This document shows positions 1 through 20,264 of a stretch of DNA of 64,000 bases, piece by piece (within the stretch, counting starts at the first letter, position 1; each line of letters opens with the position of its first letter). The notes below the pieces were generated by a model. That model was not told the origin of the DNA. It ran no database searches and saw only the letters and a list, made by a program, of their open reading frames with translations. The DNA comes from Salpingoeca rosetta (taxonomy: Eukaryota; Protista; Choanoflagellata). Where the stretch lies: the NCBI GenBank assembly GCA_033442325.1, contig JAWQFM010000023.1, forward strand, positions 938,410 to 1,002,409, read 5' to 3'. A program made the translations under genes and the position numbers.

Positions 1-255
1 GCCGACGGGCAGAACTATCATGCATGCAGACACAAGAGAGACATGATACGGACACAGGCACAAATGGACACACACACACACACACAGAGGCAGCCACAAG
101 CACACACACAGACACACAGACACACACACACACATNNNNNNNNNNNNNNNNNNNNNNNNNNNNNNNNNNNNNNNNNNNNNNNNNNNNNNNNNNNNNNNNN
201 NNNNNNNNNNNNNNNNNNNNNNNNNNNNNNNNNNNGTGTGTGTCGTGTGTGTGTG

Positions 256-293
<38 letters not shown>

Positions 294-388
294 ATGCGTG
301 CGTGTGCGTGTGTGCGTGTGCGCTGTTTCCATCATCGCACGCCCGGTCTCCACCTCACGTTGCTGCATGCATATTCGCACTTTTGCAG

Positions 389-417
389 TGGTGTTTGTGC
401 TGAAAAAGAAGAAGTAG
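389..417 (+). CDS. Possible terminal exon (VVFVLKKKK*) of a gene beginning upstream of the window
   Basis: Pyrimidine tract + TTTTGCAG acceptor at 381-388 followed by a short frame ending KKKK-TAG. No upstream exon is identifiable in the window. Confidence 0.3.
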
Positions 418-1089
418 TAGTGGTAGCAACTCAAGGAACGAGAGGGGAGAGCATACGTGAGCAGCAACCAATCCAGCTCTACAATCATCATCAAATCACC
501 ACCACCAACAACGACAACAACGACAACAACAACAACAACAACCACAACAGTTTCGGATTAGAATCAGGGGCGCAACAGCACCACATTGCGTGTTTGCTTG
601 GAGGCCCAGCAGTGCCAGTGCCACGCAACAGGGACAAGCAGTGTGTCTGCCTGCATATTCACCATGCAGCTGGCTGTACCAGCAAGCAAGCGAGCGGAGA
701 GGATGGGAGAAGTGGGGTTGCGAACATGCGTAGTTCATTGCGTTCAGTCATACACCATGTTCATGCGCGATTGTGTGGGCGTTTGTTATTTGTGTGTTTC
801 CGAGTTACGATGCAACACAACCGTTCATGTGCACACAGAAGAAGAAGACCAGCACGCAAATGGGGACTGGGAGCCAAAGATGACGAGAATTGGCAGCACT
901 GCACACGCGCGATGCACAGTTGTTCAGGCACAACACACACAGGGACTGGCGACCAACACGAGCAATACTCGAAGAAGCGCCAGCATCAATCAGCAGCATC
1001 AGCATGTGTTTGTGTGAATGTATGCAAATGCGCATGTGCGTGTGTGCATATGTGTGTGTGTGTGCGCGTGAGTGAGTGTGTGTGTGTGA

Positions 1090-2336
1090 TCACGACGACT
1101 CCATGAGCATGGTGATGGTCATCCAGTGCTCGTCTTGCGTCCACGCCGCCGCCGCAGACTCGTCGCCATCGCGGACAGCGCGCAGCAGCGACGGCAGTGA
1201 CTCCTGACCCAGCAGACGACCACAATTGGCGATTTGGGGAGAGGGGGGGGGGAGAGGAAGGATGTATGGGTGTGTTTTGGTGAGTGAGTGGGTGGGTGAG
1301 CGAGACTGTATGTGCGTGTGTGTGAGTGTGATTCTGCGTACGAGCGTTCCTGTGGTCAATGGCGAAGCACACGCGTGTGCATGTGCATGTGCATGTGCAT
1401 GTGCGTGTGCATGCGCGTGTGCATGTGCGCGGTGCAGGATGCCTCACCTTGAGGGAGACGAACATGTCATCGGTCATGAGGTACACCAGCAGATGGAAGT
1501 CGGACACCTGTGTATCGCCAGCACCACGGCATGAAGGACGGGTGGAAGAACGGAGCATGTGAGTAGTGAGGAGGGCGTGGATCAATCAAGCAGACACACA
1601 AACACACAAAACAGACACACAGACACACACAAACAGACACAGACACACACATAGACACACATAGACACACAAACACAATCACACAAGGCGACCTTTTGCA
1701 GGAAGGATTTTGAAGTGTCCTGGAGGTGCTGCTTGAGGGCAGAGAGGGAGGCAGGGGCACCAAGCGCCTCGCGATTCTCAATGGGGAACGAAACGCTAAA
1801 CGTGGTGGACGTCGCGTCCATCTAAACGAAATGTACAGCAGGGTAAACAAGAGCAGCGGAAGTGAACAAGACAGAGAGGGGTCATCGGCGCAGCAAAACA
1901 CAGAGCAATACACAGAGCAAGTGTGAGAACTTCATCACGAACCACCTCCACCACCACTTGGTAATCATCTCAATTGCCGCCACCACACACAATAACCGCC
2001 ACCACATGCATCTCCAGCTATCACCTCCACCACCTCCAATTGCCACAACTCACGCGGCCGCCCGCTGGCAAGTCGACGGCGAGGTATGCGACGGGGAAGA
2101 GCGGGTCGGCCTTGTGCTTGATCTCATTGTTGTACTTGTCGCGCTGGGTGAAGAGGACCTCGGGCACAAATGTGGTGTCGTCGGCGGGGCGCACGGCAAC
2201 CAGCGCGGGGGAGTCGCTCGGCCGCAGGATGTCGTCTGCACAGGGCAGTTGGGATGGTGATGGTGATGAAGGGGTGAAATGGAGAATGGGGAATGGGGAG
2301 ATGGTCACCTGGTTGGAGGGGAATGCATGTGGACCA

Positions 2337-2380
<44 letters not shown>

Positions 2381-2875
2381 ACAGAGACAGACACAGATAC
2401 ACACAGACACACAGACACACAGACACACAGACACACACACACACACACGTCAACACACAAACACACACACACACACACACGTGTCCACCACGCCCCCCTC
2501 CCCAAAACTTCCGCGCGCGTCTGACCTCTGACGAGGTTCATGGCCTGCGTGCTGGCCTGGTACGCCCTGGGCACAATCTGGTGCTCGCTGTCACCCGAGA
2601 CAACGACAGTCGTGAACTTGGAGCCGTGCACCCCCGTGGTCGAGAAGCGAGGCGGCACCGGGTTTGGGTGCTGGTTCTGGAACCTGGCGACGACACGACA
2701 GTCATGGCGGCGGCGGCGATATTGATGGGTGGTGATGATGGTGGTGGTCGCATGGAGAGGGAGGAGTGTGGAGATGCATGCGCGTGAGCGTGTATGGAGT
2801 AAGCTGATATCGCTGTGGCTGCAAGGTCAAAACCACGACGAGGACGAGCAGTGCGACATGCAATGCAGACACGAC

Positions 2876-2944
<69 letters not shown>

Positions 2945-3135
2945 GTCGTACATGGCGGCGTTGAGGATCTCCTCTGCGCTGATGACATACGAGTCCTCAT
3001 CCCCGGGCCTGGCGATGATGACGATGATGATGTCGATGACGGGAGTGAAGTGAGCTTCCCGAGGACCAGGCACACACAGACACACACAGACACACAGACA
3101 CAACAGATACACAGACACACAGACACAACAGATAC

Positions 3136-3174
<39 letters not shown>

Positions 3175-3366
3175 CACACACACACACACAAAAGAAACAA
3201 AAACGTGGCGTGCTCACTGGATGTATCGCTTGTATTTGGCAAGACCGTTGGCGTCTGGTTCCAAATCGGTGAAGATCCAGCCAACCTGCAATGCAGCACA
3301 CCCCCAGCGCCGCCCCGTTACCACCGCCCGAAGAGATACAACAAGCGTACACAAGCGTATACAAGT

Positions 3367-3412
<46 letters not shown>

Positions 3413-3418
3413 CACACG

Positions 3419-3450
<32 letters not shown>

Positions 3451-3711
3451 GGGTACCGCGTCTCGGATCATCGTATTAAGATCACCTTTAGCGAATCATT
3501 CTAGTTGCTCAACAACCTACCGCGGTTCGTGGACACTAATTTTTGACACCTGTCTCCTGTTCGGCTATCATTCGGCTTAGGGTCTTGCTAAATGCCCTAC
3601 TAATTGCAACGAGTGCTCAGCCTCACCTATATACCGCTCATTCATAAAAGTTACTAACGAGGCGTGACTGGGTATGACCACCTTAGCACACACACACACA
3701 CACACACACAC

Positions 3712-3782
<71 letters not shown>

Positions 3783-3960
3783 GCCCTTACGCGCTTGAGG
3801 CCAAGCTGCTTCGCCATCTGGTCGACTTGCTGGATCTGCGGCGATTCAAGCGCAATCTCAAGCCCGAGCGCACTGTTGGACTGGGTGGTCGGGGTGGTGG
3901 TGGTGGTGATGTGTTAGGGGAAAAGGGGCAGGTAACTCACACTGCTACTGGCACAGCAAC

Positions 3961-3991
<31 letters not shown>

Positions 3992-6217
3992 AACAAACAA
4001 ACAACACAGACACCCCCCCCCCACCTGCGGGGGTTCGTAGATGGCCTTGACGACAGCCTTGACGCCGAGCGGGACCTGGTCGTACTCCTCGTATGACCCA
4101 TACATGAACCCTGCCCGCTGGGCACCCGACCGCCGCCACGCGTCAAGGAACTTGTCCAGGATCTCGTGCGACTCAAACTCAACATAGTCCACATGTCGGT
4201 ACTCCTGCGTACGTGTACGTCAGTGTGCGTGCGTGTGTGTGTGTGTATGTGTGTGTGTGTGCATGTGAATTGAGCTGGCACTCAAATGTCGTACCGTTGC
4301 AGTTACGAGCCACCACGACCACCACAACAGCAACAACAACAGCAGCAGCAACAACAGCAGCAGCAACAACAACATCACACGGCAGGGTGTCACCTGTCTG
4401 TTGAGGACGACGGCGCTGGGCTGGCACTTTGAGCAGATGCCCTCGGGCCAGGGGGCGTGGTTGAGGCATGGCTTCACTTTGCAGTCAATCTCGGGCAGCG
4501 CAGCAAACTTGTCGCTGCGGGTGGCGGGGCGGAGGTGGGTATGAAGAATGGAGGATGTGAGGCATACGGGGAAGGAAAATGACACACCGTGCAGGCAAAC
4601 AGGCAGACAGACACACAACACACACACACACACACACACGCACACACACACACACACACGCACACACACACACACACGCACACGCACACACGCACACGCA
4701 CACACACACCCGTGCTCGATCTTTCGGAGGAACGACTGGAAGGAGAGGAACTTGATGGGCGGATCTGCTGCGTTGAGGACTTGCGGATCGTACGGCTCAA
4801 GCGGCGTGCAGTGCAGACACGACCCCATCGGCGGATGCCGGCACCTGATGGTGTGCACACGCACATAAAACAGACATGCACAGACACACAGACACACACA
4901 GACACACACACACAAACACAAACAGACACACACACATACACACACACGCACATAGACACACAATGGCACACGAAGGTAAGTGCTTGTGCATGTACGGGCG
5001 GTCCCTTTGAGAGGGAAGAGCACAAAGAAGGACGATGAATAGGTATGATAATGCAACACCAAAGGCACTTGATCTTACAGTGGGCCGCGCTTGCGTGTGA
5101 CCTTTCCGTCCTTTGCAGCGAGAACAACGTCCACGGCATCGAGCTCCAGCGCCTGTAACCGCCGCTGTTCCTCATCGTGCTTCTCCTGCTCCTCCGCAGC
5201 TGGTGCATCGGTTACGCCGGCAGGTTTCGTGTGAGTGAGCATACGTATGAGAGTGTGCGCGTAAATGCACTCATGTGTGAGCATGTGAGAGAGGGTGTGC
5301 GCGTATGAACGTGTGTGTGTGTGTATGAACGTGTGTGAGTATGTGCGTGAGTCGCTGTGTGCTTCTGCAGTTGAAAGCCGTGCCAGGTCTCACGACAAGT
5401 ATCACTTCCCCCCAAACATACACGCAAGCTGTGACAATGGTTGCTCACATTTCTCGACTTCCAGTGTGAGAATGTCGCCGTGTCTGCATCGACAAGAGCA
5501 AGCGCAGGAACGAAAGGAGCGAAATTAAGCACAAGAGAAGAGGCAGAGGTGCGGCGGAGGGTTAACGCCGGCGTACATGAGCGAATGCGCTGAGATGTAC
5601 AAGACTGCGTTGTGCACGGTTGTGCTCATCAGCAACACCATGTGCGGCACGAAACCCAGTTTGTGGCGATGTCTCGCACCTGATGGACGTTGCGCTGAGG
5701 GGCTTGTCCCAGCCTGACTCTGCGAGATCTTTGCTCTGCTTTGTCTTCAGACGCAGGCGCGCCGAAATGCCAAGCATGGCAGCAACCTGGTAGAGGGAGG
5801 CATGATTGTTGTTGAGCTTCTCATGCTGTTTGTGGCATCATTGAACGTGTACGCCAAGGCGCATCGTATCCAAACATTGACACACACACACATACACAGG
5901 TACACAAACATACGCACAATGACACAATCACACACATTCACACGCATACTTCTTGGTAGAGGTGCTTCAAGGTCCATTCCGGAGAAGCTTGAATGCGCTT
6001 CATCCCCGTTGGGGTACGAATGCGCAGCGTCTGCATGCAGGCATACAGCCGAGAAATCGAGCACAGATGAGAGGAAAGCGATCAACAGTCGCAAAAGGCA
6101 CGCCATGAGCGAACGAATGACAACAAGAGTTAACAAGACGACGTGGAAAGCCGTCAACGGTGGAACCAAGACCCAGCAGCAACAAGATGGGTGGCGTGCA
6201 TGTCTCACCAGTGCCAT
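1090..6217 (-). CDS. NPL4: Nuclear protein localization protein 4 homolog (p97/Cdc48 cofactor), multi-exon
   Basis: Spliced exons: MAL|[13 protein letters not shown] (UBL domain); [19 protein letters not shown] and [25 protein letters not shown] (zf-Npl4); HVDYVEFE...[27 protein letters not shown]...[28 protein letters not shown] (MPN/NPL4 domain). Stop after MLMESS at 1090-1092. GT-AG junctions in phase where checked. Confidence 0.95.
3448..3686. mobile_element. Foreign ~235-240 bp non-coding insertion within a (CA)n tract of an NPL4 intron, with a possible ~26 bp flanking direct repeat
   Basis: Abrupt switch from pure (CA)n to high-complexity, TA-rich, microsatellite-free sequence (tatgggtaccgcg...gaccaccttag) and back to (CA)n. 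3426-3451 (ca)11tatg aligns with 3687-3712 (ca)11cacg with 2 mismatches. No TIRs and no recognisable protein-coding frame. Confidence 0.6.
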
Positions 6218-6477
6218 CGTCTCTGTTTTCAAACTCCGAGCGACAAAGCGAGGTGGAGTTGTGTTCGGTGGTGGTGGTGGTGAGTGATGTCTGGCTGGTG
6301 TGTGCGAGAATGCAGACAGACAAGAAGCAACAAACACAAGCAAAGACAGAGCTGACAACTGCTTCGTCAGACGTTGCAGGCCACGACACTGAATTCAGTC
6401 GCACACACAACAGCTGCAGAAACGCACACAAACGGCAAAGCAAACAAAAGGACAGCAAAAAGCAAGAACCAAGCAAC

Positions 6478-8495
<2,018 letters not shown>

Positions 8496-9044
8496 CACGT
8501 GTACACACACGTGCTTGCACGCACACTTAATGCACGCATTCAACACAGACACAGACACACGTACACAGACACACAGACACACAGACACATACACACACAG
8601 AGCCACATCTATGCATTCAACCAAGTTGACAGCCGTGGCAAGAGATTTGCGACGTGCGTTTATGGTCTCTTTGCGCCCAATACACGGTGGGACGCGAACG
8701 CGAAGAGGTGAATGTTAAATACAAGCAATATACAGATGCAAACAATGTCCACAAGCAATGTACAGATACAAACAATGTCCAACAGACGTAGCAGGTGTTG
8801 CACAGCAACCTCGCTCGCCAGTTCAACTGGCCCATCCATGCATCCATCAGTCTCAAACACAACCACAAACATACGCACGACCATCATGGGACACATGGAT
8901 GGTTCAAATGAACGAAAAAGGGGAGCAGTGGAGGCATAACATACCATCAGGAACGAGCACAGCCGTCAGCAACACAATCACAATTTCTCATCAAGCCCCC
9001 CCCCCCCCCTGCAGACACATGAAGCAATAATTACATTTACAGCA

Positions 9045-9509
9045 TCAGAGGTAGGAGACTGGCTTGTCTGGATTGGAGGACACAACCATTGGCACAATGC
9101 GACGCGGCTGAATCATCCTCTCACCACCGGCACTCGCGTGATTGGCAGTGGTGTATGCCAAGTGCCGCTGCTGCTGCTGTTGCGGCCTTACCCCTGCTCC
9201 TATTCTTCCTCCCCCATTTCCTGCCACCACCATCGTGCGCTGTGTTGCTGTTGCTGTTGGCGTTGCTGTTGGCGTTGCTGTTGTTGTCATGTCCACGCCC
9301 TGACCACCAACACCACCACTTCTTGCTGTCGTGTGCCGCCCTTGCGGCTGCCTCATGGGTGCAGCTGCCGGCACCACGTGTGCGTGTGTGCGTACGTGTG
9401 TGCGTTGGGATACGCGCGAGAGCTGGGCCGTTCGCGCCATCACCATCCGCAGCTATGAAGAAGAACGAAGAATAAGGAGACAGGCAGATGGTGGCGATGG
9501 TGTGGACGT

Positions 9510-9570
<61 letters not shown>

Positions 9571-9928
9571 TGGCGGTGGTATTGTGGCGTAAGTTAGGTG
9601 TGAAGAAGGAGGCACGAGTGGGATACAAAGCTTGTAAGTTTGCCACGTGCAAATGAAAGCAGCATGGCTGTACTCGCATCCTTCACATGATCACCACCAT
9701 CTTCACTCCCATCATCACTCCCCATCACCGCTGCCGTCACCCACTGCTCACCTGGTGGATGGCCGCTGTTCGTCGCAGTTCATCGTCCCAGTCACCATCG
9801 CCTTCATCATCAGCATCAGCGCCATCAGCGCCATCATCATCACTAAACAGACGAACGCCATCAAGCGAACTGCATTTGCCACTGCTCTCCCATCCACTGA
9901 AGCTCGCTTCAGACCCCTCCCACGGCCG

Positions 9929-10004
<76 letters not shown>

Positions 10005-11171
10005 GTCTTCGACTGCACGTGTGTTCGGCGCACGGCTGGTCGTGTCAATACCGCCACATCACTGTCACACGCGTCAACCACAGCGCCGTCGCCATCGCCA
10101 GCCTGGCTTTGCCCGCGCATTGCAACTCCACCCGGTAGTCCTGTGTCGAACGAGGGCAATACAGATATGCGGCTGCTTGTCCACGTGTTTCCGCTCTCCA
10201 AGTGTCCAGCACCATCCTCGCCATCACCCTCCTCTCCACCGTTCACACGAACACCACCATCTCCTTCACGCACCCCATTTGCATCTGCATTGCCGCTGTT
10301 GCTACTCGCACTGCGACTGAGCGTTGTCATGGCAGTCATGCTCGTCGTGTTCAGGGGTAGCACACCACCCACACCACCCACACCACCCACACCGTCCAAC
10401 GTCAACATTGCATCATCGCTGTCACTGTCACCAGCATCAGGAAGGCCATCATGATGGCCACCAGCGATACGTGCACTGCCACGGCTGCGCCTGTGTTCCC
10501 CAGCCCCACCAGCGTGCTGCTGTCGCTTTTGCGTGTCCTGCTTGACAGATGCAACCATCATGGGTGCGAGGTGCGATTGCGTCCACCCCCACCCCCACAG
10601 CCCTCCGCCCTCGTCGCTGCTGTCGTCATCGGACCACCGGGTCTGCTCCAGCTGCCCGCGCATGGGATTTGACGGCCGCTGCTTCTCATTGAACATCTTC
10701 AGGTCCACAATCAGACTGTCTGTCTCCACATCACCGCCCTCAGACCCGCTCTCGTCAAACCCGTATCGGTCCTCGTCGCTCCACTGTATGTCGAGCGAGG
10801 CCGCGTCCAGGCCACCGGCAGTGCCACGTGCACGGCGCATGGGTGGTGTTGGTGCTGTGAACGGCTGCACAAAGGTGGTGGATGTGGACGTCATGTTGAA
10901 TGCAAATGCGCGCGTCAACTGCGGCCGCCCGCTCGTGGGGCCCGCGGCTGCTCGGCAAGGTGGACGATGGAAGGGGGGTCGGGATGGTTCGGGATGGGTT
11001 GGAGGGTTGGCAATGATGTGAGGTGAGATGGGGGGGGGGGGGAGGTGCAGGAGGATAGAAGCGGGCAGGAACATACGCACGAAGAATGGCATTGCATCCA
11101 AGTGTTTACGCACAAAGAGAGACATGCAGGTAGGCGGGTGGGGGAGGGGGACACACAGACAGCGACACAGC

Positions 11172-11215
<44 letters not shown>

Positions 11216-13111
11216 CGCACACACAGACACACAGACACACACAGACAGACACAGACACAGACACACACACACACACACCGGGTAGCTGATCGTCGTGGGT
11301 GACGATGGGACCAGGCAGAGCTGGGACATTGTTGTGCTGCTGGCGTGTCTGCCGTGTACATTTGCAACATGAAAGAGGGGGGGGGGATGATGAGACGAAG
11401 AAGTGTATTTATCGCCGCTGCCACCTCGGTCTCCCAAATTCCCATACATCCTTATGCCCGGTCAAACCGCCCCCGTAAGACATATCCGTCCCTAGGCTTC
11501 ATGCACATGGAAACTAGTACCAGAGTGAGTGGGACAGCGGCTATGTTACTGCGTCCAGCAACACCTCAATCCACTCCTGACGTAGGTTCATGTCTCGGGG
11601 GTCGTTTAGTAATCAGATAGACGCGCGTTGCATCGGCTACTGAAAAGCGGTGTCTGCTGGGTCATGGTACAGCTGTGTCTGGTATTTGAGCCTGGTGAGC
11701 TCTGAGCGAGTCGTAATCCGGGTTTCAACCCAACACCGGGTAAGTTGACAACATGAAAGAGGGGGGGGGAGTGATGAGACGAAGAAGTGTAGGCAGGTTG
11801 CTGGAGGCTGTGTAATCAGGAGCAAGATCAACATTGCCTGTGTGTGAAGGACACACACACACGCACGCACATACACACACACGCACACAAACACATACAG
11901 ACACACGCACACAAACACATACAGACACAGACACAAACACACTCACACACACGCACACAAATACACACACACACACACACACCATGCGAGCACGTCGCTT
12001 GATGCGCGTGTAGCAGAAGGAGATGTAGAGTGCCACGGTGATACAGAACACGGCGGAGCACGCGACTGCCCAGATGATGACCCATGTCGCCACTCCACTT
12101 GATGATGGTGAATCTGAGAATCGGCGTGGCAAGCAAGGGAAGGAGTGGATGTGTGTATTTGAGCATGAGTGAGACACCATGTGCACGGCAATTGCGTGCG
12201 ACAGGCGAACCTGGCAGGCGGGCTCAAGAGATTCGTGTCGAACGCAACATCAAGGAATGGCACGAATGTGTTTGCTTTTGTTTGTTCTGGGTTCAAACGC
12301 ACTCACCCGCGCGACACGTGAAGGAGCTGCTTGCGCTGTTGGCAGTGGCGTCGATGCACGTCTGGTTGAGCGCCGTACAAAATATGTTCCCGCCAGCTGC
12401 ACAAGAAGACGCGGCCGTACACTCGACTGCAAAGCACACCAGCCATCACCATGAACATGTGAGAGCAGGATCAAAGTCAGCACACACACACAGATGTAGG
12501 CACACACATCCACACAGATGCAGACAGACACACACACACACAGATGCAGGCACACATATCCACACACAGATGTAGGCACACACATCCACACAGATGCAGG
12601 CACACATATCCACACACAGATGCAGACACAGAGAAACACACACACACATTTTCACATTTTCGCGGCCACACTGGCACAACAGACCAATACGATATCACGT
12701 GCACGCGTTTCAGCACCAGCTGTGTCTCACACTCACGTGAAATGGACGCGGCTTGCGTTTGTGGGGGAACACACGCACACGTGGTGGCTGTCGCGTTGAT
12801 GCGCCTTGCAAGACACTCCAGCCCTTGGCCAACGCAGGCCGTTGCGTTACAAGGTGCACCTGCACGTGTCACAGGGATTATGGGATGCAAACCATCAAGT
12901 CGTGAGCTCGAAGGAGCAACATGTTCGCATCGCAGATGTGGTGTCCCTCGTGTCACCCATCGCCGCCACTGCTCCCATGCACACATCACGCACACATCCC
13001 CCAACCTGCGCTGGTTGGTAGGTGTGTCAAGAGCAACGCCGTCACAGCAACCACCAAGCAGCATGCCAGCTGCAGCCACGAGCAGCCAAGGCCACCACCA
13101 CCTCCTCCCAT
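9045..13111 (-). CDS. Type I transmembrane protein with Cys-rich (EGF-like) ectodomain and long low-complexity cytoplasmic tail
   Basis: Signal peptide [35 protein letters not shown]|G; Cys-rich exons ([14 protein letters not shown]...TCAC; [17 protein letters not shown]...FTC); [29 protein letters not shown] followed by RIKRRAR; exon 11281-11348; large exon ~9751-10948 with polyQ; last exon ending VSYL*. Confidence 0.7.
11365..11407. repeat. Left copy of 43 bp direct repeat flanking a foreign insert
   Basis: caacatgaaagaggggggggggatgatgagacgaagaagtgta; 41/43 identical to 11749-11791. Confidence 0.95.
11408..11748. mobile_element. Foreign 341 bp non-coding insertion flanked by a 43 bp duplication of host intron sequence
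   Basis: High-complexity, microsatellite-free, TA-rich sequence between two near-identical 43-mers. No TIRs, no poly-A tail, no recognisable protein-coding frame. Confidence 0.75.
11749..11791. repeat. Right copy of 43 bp direct repeat flanking a foreign insert
   Basis: caacatgaaagagggggggggagtgatgagacgaagaagtgta; differs from the left copy only at G10AT vs G9AGT. Confidence 0.95.
12480..12630. repeat. Intronic minisatellite, ~22-26 bp unit (cacacagatgcaggcacacatatc-like)
   Basis: About six degenerate copies of cacacagatg[ct]ag[ga]cacac. Confidence 0.8.
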
Positions 13112-13301
13112 GTGTTGTTGGTTGCTTGGCGTGAGACCAACGGCACTTTGTGGCACTGCAAAACCACTCGCGTTTGGTGTTTGTTTGGTGGTGTGTTTGT
13201 GAAGCGAAGGGGAATTGCGAAAGTTTGTAGGTATTTTCAACGACTTTTCTGCGACTCTGTCCACTGCGCAAGATTCTCGAGTGCTGTGCTGATTGAACAA
13301 G

Positions 13302-15514
<2,213 letters not shown>

Positions 15515-15682
15515 GTCATCACACACACACACACACACGTGCTTGCACTGATGCATGCTAACAAATAGCATGGGCGTGGCATGTGTGGTTGTTGCTGTTG
15601 TCGTCGTGTCCTGCTCTCTTTCCTGACTCACTTCTTCACGGTGTTTGTTGAGTTGTTTCTTTCAACACTGTTTCTGGTTTTG

Positions 15683-15755
<73 letters not shown>

Positions 15756-16240
15756 GCCTGAACCGTTGGTGAGCTGATGGCCCCCTCTTCCCTGCGTGTC
15801 TTGCCTTCTTTCCCCATCTCCCCTCTTTCCATTTTCCATATCTGTCCTTGTTCTCTTGCTTTCGTCCTGACAACCCTTTGTTAGTCCATCCCTACACGAC
15901 CCATCTGTCCGCACCTGCAACCCCAGCACCCCCAAGGTCTTTCTCTCTGCCTGCCCTTGCGTATGTGTGTGTTGCGTTGCTTGGTTTTATGTGTTACAAA
16001 TTCACGTGTCCAATTGTGCACCCCTGTGCTGTCCCCCACACGCGTAAACGGCAACATCAAAGAACACAGGAGGTCCACAAACGCATGGCAAGGAGTTGTA
16101 TCTCCATCAGCACACGAGACGAGAACGAAATGTGGTGGACGATTGAGGCAGCAAACCAACACGATGAAGCCTCACACGCATGCACATATGCACACCACCA
16201 CCACTACCACCACCACTACCACCACCACTGCATTGGTTGC

Positions 16241-20213
<3,973 letters not shown>

Positions 20214-20264
20214 CACCTCAGCTCCACGCTCCTGGGCTTCGAGTCACCAACGGTCCCCGCCACA

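Noticed and set aside
3448-3686. Insert 1 as a tRNA, snoRNA or MITE
   Set aside because: No cloverleaf, no convincing C/D or H/ACA layout, and no terminal inverted repeats seen.
8721-8780. 30 bp x2 tandem repeat between convergent genes
   Set aside because: Simple adjacent duplication with no intervening foreign DNA; ordinary slippage.
11408-11748. Insert 2 as a new spliceosomal intron or as an interruption of a coding exon
   Set aside because: There is no good GT...AG pair at its edges on the sense (minus) strand. The in-phase model KRRARM|TRQQHNN places the duplicated tract in an intron, so the TLLRLIxPPPSFML reading is probably non-coding.
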